Shown here piece after piece: positions 24,780 through 37,075 of a stretch of 64,000 bases of DNA (position 1 is the first letter of the stretch; each line of letters starts with the position of its first letter). The notes beneath the pieces are model-generated. The model saw only the letters and a program-made list of their open reading frames with translations. It ran no database searches and was not told where the DNA came from. The stretch comes from Raja brachyura (taxonomy: Eukaryota). The stretch is from positions 5,642,001 through 5,706,000 of the forward strand of contig OY740804.1 of NCBI GenBank assembly GCA_963514005.1. Reading direction: 5' to 3'. Position numbers and translations under genes: made by a program.

Positions 24780-25147
24780 ATCTATCTGACTCATATTTTG
24801 CTTGGGCAGCTTACAACCCAGCGGCATGATTATTGATTTTTCTAACTTCAAGTACCCCTTGCATGCCCTCTCTCGCTGTCCCTCCCCGCCTTAGTCCTCT
24901 TGCTAACTTCACCTCTTTCATTCATTCGGTGTCACCTCATCCCCAGCCAACAATGGACCATTGTGGACTCCACCTTTCTGGAGTTATCGATTCAGGCTCT
25001 GCTTTGTTCTGTACTTTCCCATACCTCTAGTTTGCCCCTCCCCGACTCACCGTCTGGTGAAGGGTCTCGACCCAAAATGTCTCCTATTCAAATTTCTCCA
25101 AAGATGCTACCTGACCCGCTGAGTTAGTCCAACATTTTCTGTCTATC
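24780..25147 (+). mobile_element. Penelope-like element 3' fragment
   Basis: ctcatattttgcttgggcagcttacaacccagcggcatg matches the 3' end of the Penelope ORFs at 59600 and 60300; degenerate hammerhead-like motif near 25053. Confidence 0.7.
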
Positions 25148-25736
25148 TGAGACCATTGTTGATTGCGAAATAAACACAATGGGAGTTTATTTTCTGAATG
25201 TTCATCTAAGTGATATAATCAAAGAGTAGTGGCATCCATTCCATTTGTAAACACTGTAACAGTTCCCTCGTTCTAATTGAAAGCAGTAGTGAAATAACAT
25301 TGACTCCAAATAGCTTATCTCCAAATTATACTACACCGATTGTTCAATGTAAAATGTATGAAAAATGAAATGGCTCCGGAACATGGATGAATAAATAAAA
25401 TGAGGAGCTTGACACGCGTTGACAGCATTCTCGACATTAGTCATATATTTTTAATTTTAGCCTAATCTTGTTGTACTCCACGATAACCCTTCTGCTCCCT
25501 TTGTCAAATGGAATTTCTGCCAATGTCACTGATTGTCAAAGCCATTGTTTATGGTTTATGGGATGATGGGTGGAAGATGAGGAGGGGGCGGGGAAAATTG
25601 AGACAATGCCAGTGCGGTATGGGAAAAAGACAAGGGGATAAACGAGGTTCAAGTGAATTAGATGGAGATAACTGGTGGTGAGTTGAATATCGGGCAACAG
25701 TACCTCCGACATTGCCGCACTCCGTCTGTGTGCGGC

Positions 25737-26012
25737 AGGGTGGCGCAGGGGTAGAGTTGCGGTCTCACAGCACCAGAGACCTGGGTTCCATCCGCACGAT
25801 GGGTGCTGTCTGTACGGAGTTTGTCCGTTCTCCCTGTGACTGTGTGGGCTTTTTCCGGCTGCTCCGGTATTCTCTCGCACCCCCAAAACGTGCAGGTTTG
25901 TGTTAAAATGAATATTGTCACCCGCGTGTGTAAGAGAGTGCTCGTGTATAGGGATCGCTGGTTGGCGTAGAGTAGGTGGGCCGGAGGGCCTGTTTCCACG
26001 CTGTATCTCTAA
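25737..26012 (+). mobile_element. V-SINE (HE1-like)
   Basis: tRNA-like head, V-domain core, 3' ggcctgtttccacgctgtatctctaaa. Confidence 0.8.
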
Positions 26013-26084
26013 AGTGACGTATAAAGAGGAGAGAGGGGGAGGACATCCTTGTGATTGAGGTAGTGCAGCGTTGGTTCGCGAGAT

Positions 26085-26550
26085 TGATCCCTGGGATGGC
26101 GGGACTGTCATGTGAGGAAAGATTGAAAAGACTAGGCTTGTATTCACTGGAGTTTAGAAGGATGAGGGGGATCTTATAGACACATATAAAATTATAAAAG
26201 GACTGGACAAGCTAGATGCAGGAAAAATGTTCCCAATGTTGGGTGAGTCCAGAACCAGCGGCCACAAATAAAGGGGAGGTCATTTAAGACTGAGCTGAGA
26301 AAAAATGTTTTTACCCAGAGAGTTGAGAATTTATGGAATTCCCTGCCACAAAGGGCAGTGGGGGCCAAATCACTGGATAGATTTAAGAGGGAGTGGATAG
26401 AGCTCTAGGGGCTAGTGGAGTCAAGGGATATGGGGACAAGGCAGGCACGGGTTATTGATAGCGGCCGAGCAGCCATGATCACAATGAATGGCGGTGCTGG
26501 CTTGAAGGGCCGAATGGCCTCCTCCTGCACACATTTTCTATGTTTCTATG
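26085..26550 (+). mobile_element. CR1 3' fragment
   Basis: ggagtttagaaggatgaggggg...cagagagttg; ends in tttctatgtttctatg. Confidence 0.85.
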
Positions 26551-26934
26551 TTTAAAGAAAAGTCTAAAGTCAGTACTTCAATGCCATGCATGGAGAGGGA
26601 GAGCGGATCGCGGGATTACCGAGGAGGCTTTGTCCCCCCTGCACCCAACCCCACCAGCTCTCTACCATTACCAGCCCCGCACCACTCCCACCCCCTAATC
26701 CCAACACTCTTCCAGCTATCCGAACCCTACCCAATTAGTCTGAAGAAAGGTCCTGGCCAGAAACCTCTCTTGTCCATTCCCTCCTCTGCTGAGTTACACC
26801 GCGCCTTGTGTTTGGCTCAAGGGTAAGTGAATATCCAGACACGGGCTGGACCATTTGGGCCTTCGTTTGATAGGATAAGAGGGGGTGGGCCGACAATGTG
26901 TTCAGTAGATTTGTCATCTTCATTTTCCTCTCAG

Positions 26935-27258
26935 TTTCAGGAGCACTGTGGGCAAAGAGATGGGTAAGAGGTGCTTTGGGAAGAGCGATCGCAATCGATT
27001 GTCACTATGGCGCAGAGCACCGCTCACACGCAAAATATTGGTGCGGTGGAAGGAGTCGCCAGTGTACAGTATTAGTGGAAACAAATGGACAACTCCATGG
27101 TCGGAGTGGAAGAGTGTCAATCACAGATAACCCGGCACGAGGAATATTTACTGTGACTGTGGAGGATCTTCACTCCGGAGATACAGGATGGTACAACTGT
27201 GGAATTAATACACCTGGCAAGGATCCATTGTTTAACGTTCAACTCAAAGTAACAGACG
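26935..27258 (+). CDS. Gene A exon 2: CD300/pIgR-type Ig V domain
   Basis: ctctcag|TTTCAGGA; IDCHY, KYWC-x6-C (extra C-C' Cys pair), RVSITDN, FTVTVEDL, DTGWYNCGI; G|gtacgt; 324 nt, phase 1-1. Confidence 0.93.
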
Positions 27259-28144
27259 GTACGTTTATCAGCGATTAACTGGACGTCTCCACTGTAACGC
27301 CTGATCCATGTTTTCTCCGAGAAGGGTCAGGGCAGCACCGATATCCCGAGGCTCCGCAGCATTGCAGAGACCTGTGGGGATCGGGCGGGCGTCGGGAGAC
27401 CCCACTCATGCTGGTCTCACCCAGTGCGGAAGGTCATATGTGCAAAAGCGATAGGAGCAGAATTAGGCCATTCGGCCCATCAAGTCTATTCCGCCATTCA
27501 ATCATGGCTGATCTATCTCTCCCTCCTAACTATATTCTCCTGCCTTCTCCCCATAAGCCCCGACACCTGCACAATTAATCAATTAATTGAATCAATTAAT
27601 CTCTGCCTTAAAATTATCAATTGTCGGCCTCCAATGGCAATGAATTCCATAGATTCGCCAAAGTCTGACTGAAGAATTTCCTCCTCATCTTTTCCCTGAC
27701 GTACGTGTTTTTATTCTGACCTCTGGTCCTCTGACTCTATGGCCTCTGGTCCTCAACTTTCCTATTAGTGGAACCATCCTCTCCACATCCACTCGTGCTG
27801 TGTCCCGGGGAAATGACAGACAGGGCAGTCCGGGCTGCTGAAGCCTGCAGAGTTTAATTTACATTAGTTTATTGTTGTCACTTGTACTGAGCTGCAGTGA
27901 ACAGCTTTTTTTTTGCTGTGTGCTTTCCAGTCAGCAAAAAAAAAAACGATACATGATAACATTCAAGACGTTCACATTGTAGAGATGCGGGAGAAATGGT
28001 ATAACGTTTAGAGACACGGGGAGGTACGTGAGCGGGGAGATTTAAACAGCTCTGGTTGAGATTTGGCGATGGTAGAAATTTACAGAGTAATTGTTTTTTT
28101 AAATATATTTCCTCAGTTTCTGAATGTTTGATCCTTTCCTACAG

Positions 28145-28459
28145 AACCCGTATCTGTTCCTGTCCTTGTATTCCTGTCACCAACCAATGTCTCGTGTACC
28201 TATGGCTCAGTATCACTGTCCTGTGAGTCTGTCCAGGGATCCCTGCCCGTTCGGTACACATGGCATGAACGGGCCACATCTATGGATTCAAAGATCTCGA
28301 ACAACAGTCAATTGGATCTACACTGTGGATCCTTCAAACGCCAGCAGCATCAATATTACTGCACAGCCTCCAATAATCGTGGAACAAAATCCAGTGAAAT
28401 GGTCAACGTGACAGTCATCACCAGAGTGGGGTATTGTCATTATGTGACAGTAATTAAAG
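28145..28459 (+). CDS. Gene A exon 3: Ig C2-type domain with extra cysteines
   Basis: cctacag|AA CCC GTA; PVSVPVL, VSLSCES..GSLPVRYTW, YYCTASN; ends at AAG|gcaagt (GC donor); 315 nt open. Confidence 0.9.
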
Positions 28460-29159
28460 GCAAGTATCACATTCATCATTCATTAATCTATCTGGATGTT
28501 TACCTTTTTAAAATGAATGCCAATTGGTTTCTAGGTTGGAGATGGACGTGGCATTTGTGGCTGATCGAGTAAAGTTAAATCTAGGTGCTGCACACTACTT
28601 CTGGGTGTGGAGCGATACAAATGTTCGTGTGGGAAGGAACTGCGGATGCTGGTTTATACCGAAGATAGACACAAAGTGCTGGAGCAACCTAGCGAGTCAG
28701 GCAGCATCTCTGGGGAACATGGATAGGTGACATTTTGGATCGCGACGCTTCTTCGGACGCAAAACGTCACTAATCCATGTTCTAAGGAAATGATGCCTGA
28801 CCCGCTAGATTACTCCAGCAGTCTGTGATTTGTTTCGGATTGGGACCCTTATTCAGACTGCAAATAACCTGGTTGTCTACTCTCCATACCTATGCAATAA
28901 TGGTGAGTTTCAATCAAATTGAACTGTGAAATGGAACTTGCAATTGATGGTGCCTGGTTTGGAGAAGATCTCGAAGAATTAATGCGAAGGGATATATTTG
29001 AGAGGACAGGGAGGATGCTCAGTATTTTCTGGCAGTAGTTGATATTTCGTGTCACTACCGCAGGTCAAGAAACCCAGAGGTGGGAGGGAAGAAATCAGTA
29101 AGTGTGGACAAACGGTCAGCTATTTTGACGTACCTGAATTTAATTCCCTATCTCAACAG

Positions 29160-29262
29160 ACCTTGAATATCACTGTGAAACCTTAACAACGCAATGGACA
29201 ACGACGCCATCTGAGAATGCTAAAACAACATCGAACAGTACCCGATCCAGATCCTTTGAAAG
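29160..29262 (+). CDS. Gene A exon 4: Cys-containing Ser/Thr-rich stalk (DLEYHCETLTTQWTTTPSENAKTTSNSTRSRSFE)
   Basis: ctcaacag acceptor, GAAAG|gtacaa donor identical to gene B stalk exon; phase 1-2. Confidence 0.8.
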
Positions 29263-29324
29263 GTACAATGTTCTCAATTGATCAGTGTTGCGTCTGTATG
29301 AGACCTGCTTCAGATTGTCTCGTT

Positions 29325-29605
29325 TAGTTTAGAAATAGAGCATGACACAGGCCCTCCGCCCAATCGACTCGACGCCGACAAACAATTGTGACCCTGTCCT
29401 ACATTCTAGGGACAACTTACAGAAGTCAATTAACATTCAAACTGGCCAGCGCGTTTTTTGGAGTGAAGGGGGAAGCCAAAGCACCCGGTGAAAACCTACG
29501 CGGTCACAGAGAGAACGCACATACTCCGGACTGAGAGTACCCGTATTCAGGATCGAACCCGGATCTCTGAGGCAGCAACTCTACCGCTGCGCGACTGCGC
29601 CGTCC
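29325..29605 (-). mobile_element. V-SINE (HE1-like)
   Basis: gcacccggtgaaaacctacgcggtcacagagagaacg...gatcgaacccgg in reverse orientation. Confidence 0.75.
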
Positions 29606-30595
29606 CTGAGTCGTAGAGAGAAACAATGCAGAAAATGCCCATTTGCCCCATCATGCCAGTGCCATCTATCAATCACTCATTTACACTCATCCATTTTTTG
29701 ATGGTTTTTATTATTTCCCCCACATTCTGATCGCCTCCCCCAAAACATACATTTCGGGGAAGAGCCCTCTAGTGGTGACTGTAAGGACAGTCTTACCCAG
29801 ACACAACATATGTTCCCCACCTTGTAAATAAAGGCGATCATATAAGTCCAGTTATCCAATCAAATATATGTTTTCCTCCGACTGAGTCCGGGGCCATTTT
29901 GACTAGTTTTGACGTAGCTATTGTGTCTTGAAATAAAATGCACTTACAGGCTCGGAACAAGCAGAGTCGACGTTGAGTTATTTAACCGTCAAACACAACA
30001 TCATGTGACAGTAAGTATTCCTATTCCTATTCTGAACCTATTATAATTATCTGATTGAATAAATAATCATCATAAGTATTAGCATTGTCCACTCTTTTAG
30101 TGCACTCCTCAAAAGTTCAATAATGTTTCTCAAGCATGATTTTCTCTTTTAAAGTCCCCGTCCATTATCCATTATAATTCTTATTTTCTTCATATCGTCC
30201 CGTTTTCTCAATCAGTCTGGATTCTATCCTTGAAGATCAATTGCGGGCCTAATTGCTGGTTCATATCTGTTTCAGTAGATATGGGCAGTGGGAATGAGAA
30301 GTGGGATAGCAACTCTTACTTGCAATGCAATTGGAAATTGGAAGAGCCAGTAGATAGTTGAGGGATATGGTGCAAATGCAGGCAACTAGGGCTAGCCCAG
30401 AATGTCAATTTGTTCAGTTTTACAGGTAGGGAGCGGGGGAATGGTGGGGGGCAAGGCGCGAATCAATTCGTTGACCCAATAACTCCGTGCCGCTCTGTTC
30501 AATGAAGATTTCAGAGGAAGCAGGAGATAAATGTCGCAAAGAAAAAGCCATTTCCTTTCCGCCCATTGAAGTTATATATTGTCTTCTTTCCTCAG

Positions 30596-30686
30596 TTACA
30601 TGATATGGAAAGTGGGGCGATGGATGCTCTTTGCCCTGCTTGTGGTGTGGACTATTTCAGTCACACTGTACACGAGAAAACCCCAG
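30596..30686 (+). CDS. Gene A exon 5: transmembrane exon with N-terminal Arg (YMIWKVGRWMLFALLVVWTISVTLYTRKPQ)
   Basis: ttcctcag acceptor, phase 2 compatible, CAG|gtaggt donor; same 91-nt length as the paralog at 63006. Confidence 0.85.
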
Positions 30687-30976
30687 GTAGGTTTTAATGG
30701 GCATTAGTGGAATAGCTGAATGCTCCAATATGCTTGAAAATATACAGGCCTATTACGAAAATCATGCACACCCACGAATCCTATTGAAACCGAAACTCCT
30801 TTTACAAAAATTTCAGTTCCGTGAGAAATATTATATAATCTTTGTTAGCAAAATGAATTGCAGAGCGCAATGTGGTGAATGTCAGAGTCCTTGAGCCAGT
30901 TTCAGACAGGGTGTGTAAAATAATACTGAGTTCGCAGTGTCAATAAGTCTGATGACTTCGCCATTCCCTTTTGCAG

Positions 30977-31024
30977 AGACGTGATGAACCATATCCTCAC
31001 ATTATGGCCCCTGAGGTAAAATGA
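30977..31024 (+). CDS. Gene A exon 6: short cytoplasmic tail RRDEPYPHIMAPEVK*
   Basis: cttttgcag acceptor; same length and stop position as the paralog at 63481-63528. Confidence 0.75.
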   Translation, partial: RRDEPYPHIMAPEVK

Positions 31025-31278
31025 AGACTCCTGATGACAGCGATTCCGTTGAAGACTCTGCTGCAGGATCGGATGTATATAGATGTATTTTGTCATTAGT
31101 TCATGAGCTACAGTGTCCATGTTCTCCCAGTGACCAAGACTGCCTCCGTCATCCATTGTGCCTTTACTCATTTCCAATAGTGTCCCAACTAATCTGCTGC
31201 GGAAATTCTCGTCCAAATAATTGTTTGCTCCAATAATCTCCTCAGTACACGTGACAAATAAATACTTTACCATACCAT

Positions 31279-31598
31279 ACGGTGGCACAGCGGTAGAATT
31301 ACTGCCGTACAATTACTGCCGTACAGCACTTGCTGTGCCGGAGACCCGGGTGCGATCCCGATTACGGGTGCCGTCTGTATGGAGTTTGTACGTTCTCCCC
31401 GTGACCGTGTGGGTTTTCGCCGTGATCTTCGGTTTCCTCGTACACTCCAAAAACGTACAGTTTTCTTGGTTAATTGGCCTGGTATAAGTGTACATTGTCC
31501 CCAGTGTGTGTAAGATAGTGTTAACGCGTGGGGATCACTAGTCGGCGTGGACCTGGTGGGCAGAAGGGCCTGTTTCCCTGCTGTATCTCTAATCTAAA
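31279..31598 (+). mobile_element. V-SINE (HE1-like)
   Basis: acggtggcacagcggtag head; ggagtttgtacgttctccccgtgaccgtgtgggtttt core. Confidence 0.8.
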
Positions 31599-31831
31599 CT
31601 AAAAAACTAAATACCACACTGTAATCTCCCGTCTTCCCCTCACCATCTGTTTTAGATTATTTATAACCAGCTGCCCACATAATAATTCACACCAAGTTCC
31701 AATGAACAATCAATTTGGGGATCATTAGAATATATTGGTTCTCAGTCCCAGACAGTTTGCATTACAACATTCTCATCCTCACATTCAAATATGCCAGACA
31801 CCTCATCTATCGGATACTATCTAATGTTCTA

Positions 31832-32598
31832 CCTAATGTTATCCCACTTTTTAAGAAATGAGGGAGAGCGAAAACATGGAATTATAGACCAGTTAGCCTG
31901 ACATCGGTGGTGGGGAAGATGCAGGTGTCAATTATAAAAGATGAGATAGCCGAACATTTGGATAGCAGCAACAGGATCGGTCCGAGTCAGCATGAATTTA
32001 CATAGAAACATAGAAACATAGAAAATAGGTGCAGGAGTAGGCCTTTCGGCCCTTCGAGCCTGCACCGCCATTCAATATGATCATGGCTGATCATCCAACT
32101 CAGTATCCTGTACCTGCCTTCTCTCCATACCCCCTGATCCCTTTAGCCACAAGGGCCACATCTAGCTGCCTCTTAAATATAGCCAATGAACTGGCCTCAA
32201 CCACCCTCTGTTGCAGAGAATTCCATATTCACCACTATCTGTGTGAAGAAAAAAAAAATCTCATCTCGGTCCTAAAAGACTTCCCCCCTTATCCTCAAAC
32301 TGTGACCCCTTGTTCTGGACTTCCCCAACATTGGGAACAATCTTCCTGCATCTAGCTTGTCCAACCCCTTAAGAATGTTGTAAGTTTCTATAAGATCCCC
32401 CCTCAATCTTCTAAATTCTAGCAAGTACAAGCCGAGTCTATCCCGTCTTTCTTCATATGAAAGTCCTGCCATCCCAGGAATCAGTCTGGTGAACCTTCTC
32501 TGTACTCCCTCTATGGCAAGAATGTCATTCCTCAGATTAGGAGACCAAAACTGTACGCAATACTACAGGTGCGGTCTCACCAAGTCCCTGTACAACTC
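31832..32598. mobile_element. Two CR1 fragments: RT piece (+, ~31832-32000) abutting a 3' end (-, ~32000-32598)
   Basis: cccactttttaagaaa...aattatagaccagttagcctgacatc (PLFKK..NYRPVSLTS) on +; catagaaa x3 tail and LEFRRLRGDLIETY on -. Confidence 0.85.
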
Positions 32599-32872
32599 GT
32601 CCTTGATTATGCTGCTGGCCTTGCCAAGGCAACGTGAGCTACAAATGGAGTGAAGGAAGGAAGGTTGGTTTATGTGTTTACCATCAGTCAGCGAAATTAG
32701 TTTCAATCTGTGATGTTAGGTCTCAGACATCAGCTGGTCCTTTGTGCTTTTTTGACTAGACTTCCTTCTGCCTTCTTCCTCATTTCTATTCCATTTATAA
32801 TGTAAGTGTTTATGTTGAAGACAAAGAGCTGAGGGACAAACAAGTGTTGCTCTGGTCGCTACGAATCAAACA

Positions 32873-32909
32873 ATGTGGGTTCCGATTCTTCTCATTTGTT
32901 CCTTGCCCG
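32873..32909 (+). CDS. Gene B exon 1: signal peptide MWVPILLICSLP
   Basis: aaacaATG, 37 nt, G|gtgagt donor. Confidence 0.88.
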
Positions 32910-33002
32910 GTGAGTAATAGACAGAGTGAGATACTTCGATATCCAATGTTCTTTTGCGCCGTTTCCGCGTCAGAGATGGTTTTAAAATGCTGGTGCTTTG
33001 GA

Positions 33003-33280
33003 CTTTAGAGATATAGCGTGGAAACAGGCCCTTCGGCCCACCGCGCCGACCAGTAATCGCCCCGCACACCAGCACTATCCTACACTCTGGGAGCAATTTA
33101 CAGTTAACAAGAACCAATTAACCTACAATCCCGAAGGTTTTTGGAGAGTGGGAGGAAACTGGAGCAGCCGGGTCACAGAGAGAACTTACAAACTTCGAAT
33201 AGACAGCAGCCGTAGTTAGGATCTACCCTGGGTCTCTGGCGCTGTAAGGCACCAACTCTACCGCTACGCCACTGTACCGC
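33003..33280 (-). mobile_element. V-SINE (HE1-like)
   Basis: ttagagatatagcgtggaaacaggccc...gtgggaggaaactggagca...ctctaccgctacgccac. Confidence 0.75.
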
Positions 33281-33689
33281 TCAAATCCCAAGAATAAAAT
33301 TAATACCGATGATGGAGTATTTTCCCACATTTTACTTGTTCGTTAACATTCGTTGTTCGGTAGCCCTTTCCATAAACGAGGGCACTGTCTGATTCACCTC
33401 TACCCCCCTGCGGACATTGGACTTTGTCTATGGAACTGGTGCGCTACAATGCCGAGAGCTATATTTTGCATTCTATGTCTTTCCCATGCTTTACCTACTG
33501 TACTTTAGTTTGGCTTGATTGTATTTATATCCAGTATTATCTGGTTAGATTGATAACACGCAAAACAAAACTTTTCGAGGTATCTGGGTACACGTGGCAA
33601 TAATGAACCTAAACCTACCTCCCCTTTCACTGCGCCACGAATAAAGACAAATAGTTAAAATGATCTGTCTTAGTTTGATATGATAATGT

Positions 33690-34060
33690 AAAGTTCACAA
33701 GTTATAGGAGTAGAATTAGGCCATTCGGCCCATCGAGTCTACTCCGCCATTCAATCATGGCTGATCTCTGGCTCCTAATCCATTTTCCCTGCCTTCTCCT
33801 CATAACCATTGACACCCGTTCTAATCAAGAATTTTCAGCCTCTGCCTTAAAAATATCCTCTGGCTCCGCCTCCACAGCCCTCTGAGGCAATGTGTTCCAC
33901 AGTTTTACTAACCTCTGACAAAAGCAGTTCCTTCGTACCTCCTTTCTAAAAGAGCGCCCTTTAAATCTGAGGCTATAACCTCTGGTCCTAGACTCTCCCA
34001 CCAGTGGAAACATCCTTTCCACGTCCACTCTCTTCATGCTTTTCATTATTCTCTAAGTTT
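33690..34060 (-). mobile_element. CR1 3' fragment
   Basis: RMFPLVGESRTRG..L..KGR.FRKEVRRN.F.QRLVKLWN C-terminus. Confidence 0.8.
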
Positions 34061-34286
34061 ATAATCGTGATTTAGCTGCAAAATTATCTGGATGAAAGGA
34101 AAATGTCCTCTTCTATAAAGGGTAATTTATCTAATGTGCTCTGGCTATCGTTGAAGGAACAGTGGAATTAAAGTGTAGGGAAGATTCACAAGGAGGTTAC
34201 CGGGACTGGAAGGCGTGCGATATAAGGAGAGGTTAGATAGGCTGGAGGCACAACAACCTGTCGGAATCTTCAGCAAATAAATACAA

Positions 34287-35587
34287 CTAGACTACGTGGA
34301 ATCCGTTGGGTCCAATGTTCACACGGGAGGGCTCGTCCTCAAGCGTAATAATTCACCTCTCCACCAATAGCAATATTGCAGGCCAATGGGGGGGGGGGGG
34401 CGGCTTTCTGGAGCGCTAGTATGGGTCTTGTGGGCCGAAGGGACTGCTTTCCGGCGGGCTAGTATAGACACTGTGGGCCGAATGGATTCTTGGGCCGGCA
34501 GCTCAGTCACTCAGGCCGCCTGGTGGGCTGGCAGCTCAGTCACTCAGGCCTGGTGGGTTGGCAGATCAGTTACTCAGGCCTGGTGGTCTGGCAGCTGAGA
34601 AACTGCCAGATATTCTGTCCAAAACAGGTGAGAGACTCCGTGAGAGAGAAGGGGGAGGGTGGAGAATCAAATTTAGACATTTTTCATCTTTTACTGCAGA
34701 TTCCAGCAATGAAGGAGGAAATTCTATCCTGGCCTGGATCTCACCGGGAGCAAATGAAGGGAGGGAGATAAATACTGGGGTGAGGTTTAATACTTGCAGG
34801 GCGAATACTTACTGATGGGCCGAAGGGACTCCTGGACTAGTATAGACCTAGTGGGTCGAATGGGCTCTTTAAAAAAAAATCGGAGTGAAATCTAAGTGAA
34901 AGGCACTTTTTCTGGAGTTTTCCTGGCGTGGCACGGGCCTTTTGGGCCAAAATGCTCCTCCTGGGCTAAGACGGGCATTTTGGGCAAAAGGGACTGGTTT
35001 CTAGGCTAATAGGGGCCGCAATTAGTGGTTTCAGGCAGGCCAAACAACTCACTTCATTTCATTTCCAATGGCATTGCAGTTTCCAGCACAGAGCAGGCCA
35101 AGCCAAACAGCTCATTGCATTTTCACTACATTTCCATTGCCATTGCGGTTTCATGTACATGGCAGGCTCAAGCCAAACAGCGGATTGCATTTTCACTTCA
35201 TTTCAATTGCCATTGCAGTTTCAACCACAGGGCAGGCCAAACAACTAACTTCATTTTCATTGAGGGCTAACAAATTATTTCTTCAAGTACATTGCATACT
35301 CACAGTGTTCTGTAGTTTCCCAGCTCCGGGTTTTATACTCCCTCCTCAATCCCACCGGTGTGATCACCATGGCGGTGATTGACAGGAGAGAGAATCTCAA
35401 GATGTTTTAAACACTAATAAGACTTTTATTTTTCATCGATGGGAAACATCCTCGGGGCCTGCGCAGCGGAGGAGGACTCTGAGTGAGATGGCCAAAAAAT
35501 CACAACCATATGTGGTAGCGTTTTTTTCTAAAATCAAAGCACAGTGCAAACAGGAAATGGTCAGGATGACACCTTTAATTATATAGA
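34287..35587 (-). mobile_element. Non-autonomous Helitron with internal minisatellites, 1301 bp
   Basis: Minus strand begins A|TCTATATAAT and ends with an imperfect hairpin (34298-34313) followed by CTAG|T; A|T insertion with no TSD; tandem units at 34497-34597 and 35030-35260. Confidence 0.7.
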
Positions 35588-36061
35588 TGCGAGAGGAATT
35601 CAGCTGATCGGGCTGCATCTGTTCAAGGAATGGCCAGGCGACGTTTAGGGTCGGCACCCTTCTTCTGACTACTGGAAGAAGCCGACTTATAACGACTAGA
35701 GGGCAGACACGTTGTGACATCTATTGTAAGTTCCGAAAAAGGGTTTCACCCGAAACGTCACCTATTCTTTGTCGCCAGAGCTGCTGCCGGACCCTATGAG
35801 TTACTCCAGAATTTGTGTCTATCTTCGGTACAAACCAGCATCTGTAGTTCCCGCCTACGCATGAATTATCATTTCAGTACTTACATTATAAAAATGCATT
35901 TCTAGGTTTAATTATGTGATTTCCCTTATACTTATGCAAATAGAGTATTCATCATTTAAGTGGTTTAAATCGTCCACCCGCACCAATCCATTGCTCCACA
36001 GAGTCCCCATACTGCACCACATTCCATCTCCATTCCCCCGGTCTTCCAGACTGCTCGGCCT

Positions 36062-36332
36062 CGGGGAAAGGAGTGTCCCCTGACGACGGGTGCTGGCTTT
36101 GTGGAGTTTGCACGTTCTCCCTGCGACCGCTTGTTTCTTTTATCCGGGTGCTTCGATTTCCACCCACACTCCAAAGACCCGTTGGTTTGTAGCTTAATTG
36201 GCATTGGCTTCTGTAAATTGTAAATTGTCCCCAGTGTATGGCATTGTGCAAGTTTCCGGGATGAAGGCTGGGTGGCGCGGACATGGTGGGTAGAAGGGCC
36301 TGTTTCCGCAGTCAATCCCAAAGTCTAAAGTC
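36062..36332 (+). mobile_element. V-SINE (HE1-like), degenerate head
   Basis: gtggagtttgcacgttctccctgcgaccgc core; agggcctgtttccgc 3' end. Confidence 0.7.
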
Positions 36333-36429
36333 TGAACATGGGTTACAACTTGGACCATGAAAAGACGCGGTTAGTACCGGTTTCAGGATGTATGTGATTG
36401 TATTGAATATTCACATTCCCCTCATTTAG

Positions 36430-37075
36430 TTCACATTCATAAGTGATAGGAGCAAGATTGTGCTATTCGGCCCATCAAGTGTACTCCACCATTCAATCTT
36501 GGCTGATCTATTTCTCCCTCCCAACCCCATTCTCCTGCCTTCTCCCCATAACCCCTGACACCGGTGCTAATCAAGAATCAACCTGTCTCTGCCTTCAAAA
36601 TATCCACTGACTTGGCCTCGTCGGTCTTCTGTGACAATGAATTCCGCAGATTCACCACACTCTGACTATAGAAATTCCACCTAATTTCCTCCCTTTAAAT
36701 CTGAGAGCTAGGACCTCTAGTCCTAGACTCTCCCACTAGTGGAAACATCCTCTCCACAACCACTCTATCCAGGCCTTTCACAACTCGGTATGTTTCAATG
36801 ATATCCCCCACGGATTATTCTTCTAAATTCCAGCGAGTAGAGGCGCAGTGCCGTCAAACATTCATCATATGTTCACCCCACACATACCTGGGATAATTTT
36901 CGTAAACCTCCTCCGGACCCGCTGCAGAGCCAGCACATCCTTCCCCAGATATGGCGCACAACATTGCTCACAATACTCCAATTGCGGCTTGAACAGCGCC
37001 TGATAGCCTCAGCATTACACATCTGTTTCGGTATTCTAGTCTTCTTGAAATAAGTGCTTATATTGTGCTTGCCTT
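36430..37075 (-). mobile_element. CR1 3' fragment
   Basis: tcctagactctcccactagtggaaacatcc, caatactccaattgcgg and similar CR1 ORF2 3' motifs. Confidence 0.75.

Noticed and set aside
26935-27300. V exons as rearranging Ig/TCR segments
   Set aside because: Each V exon includes its own G strand and ends in a splice donor; no heptamer-nonamer RSS seen.
31832-32598. Twin-priming inversion of a single CR1
   Set aside because: The + fragment abuts the 3' tail rather than the 5' end of the - fragment, which fits two independent insertions.
34497-35260. Spaced repeats superficially like a CRISPR array
   Set aside because: Vertebrate DNA, no unique spacers, no cas genes; these are minisatellites inside a Helitron.
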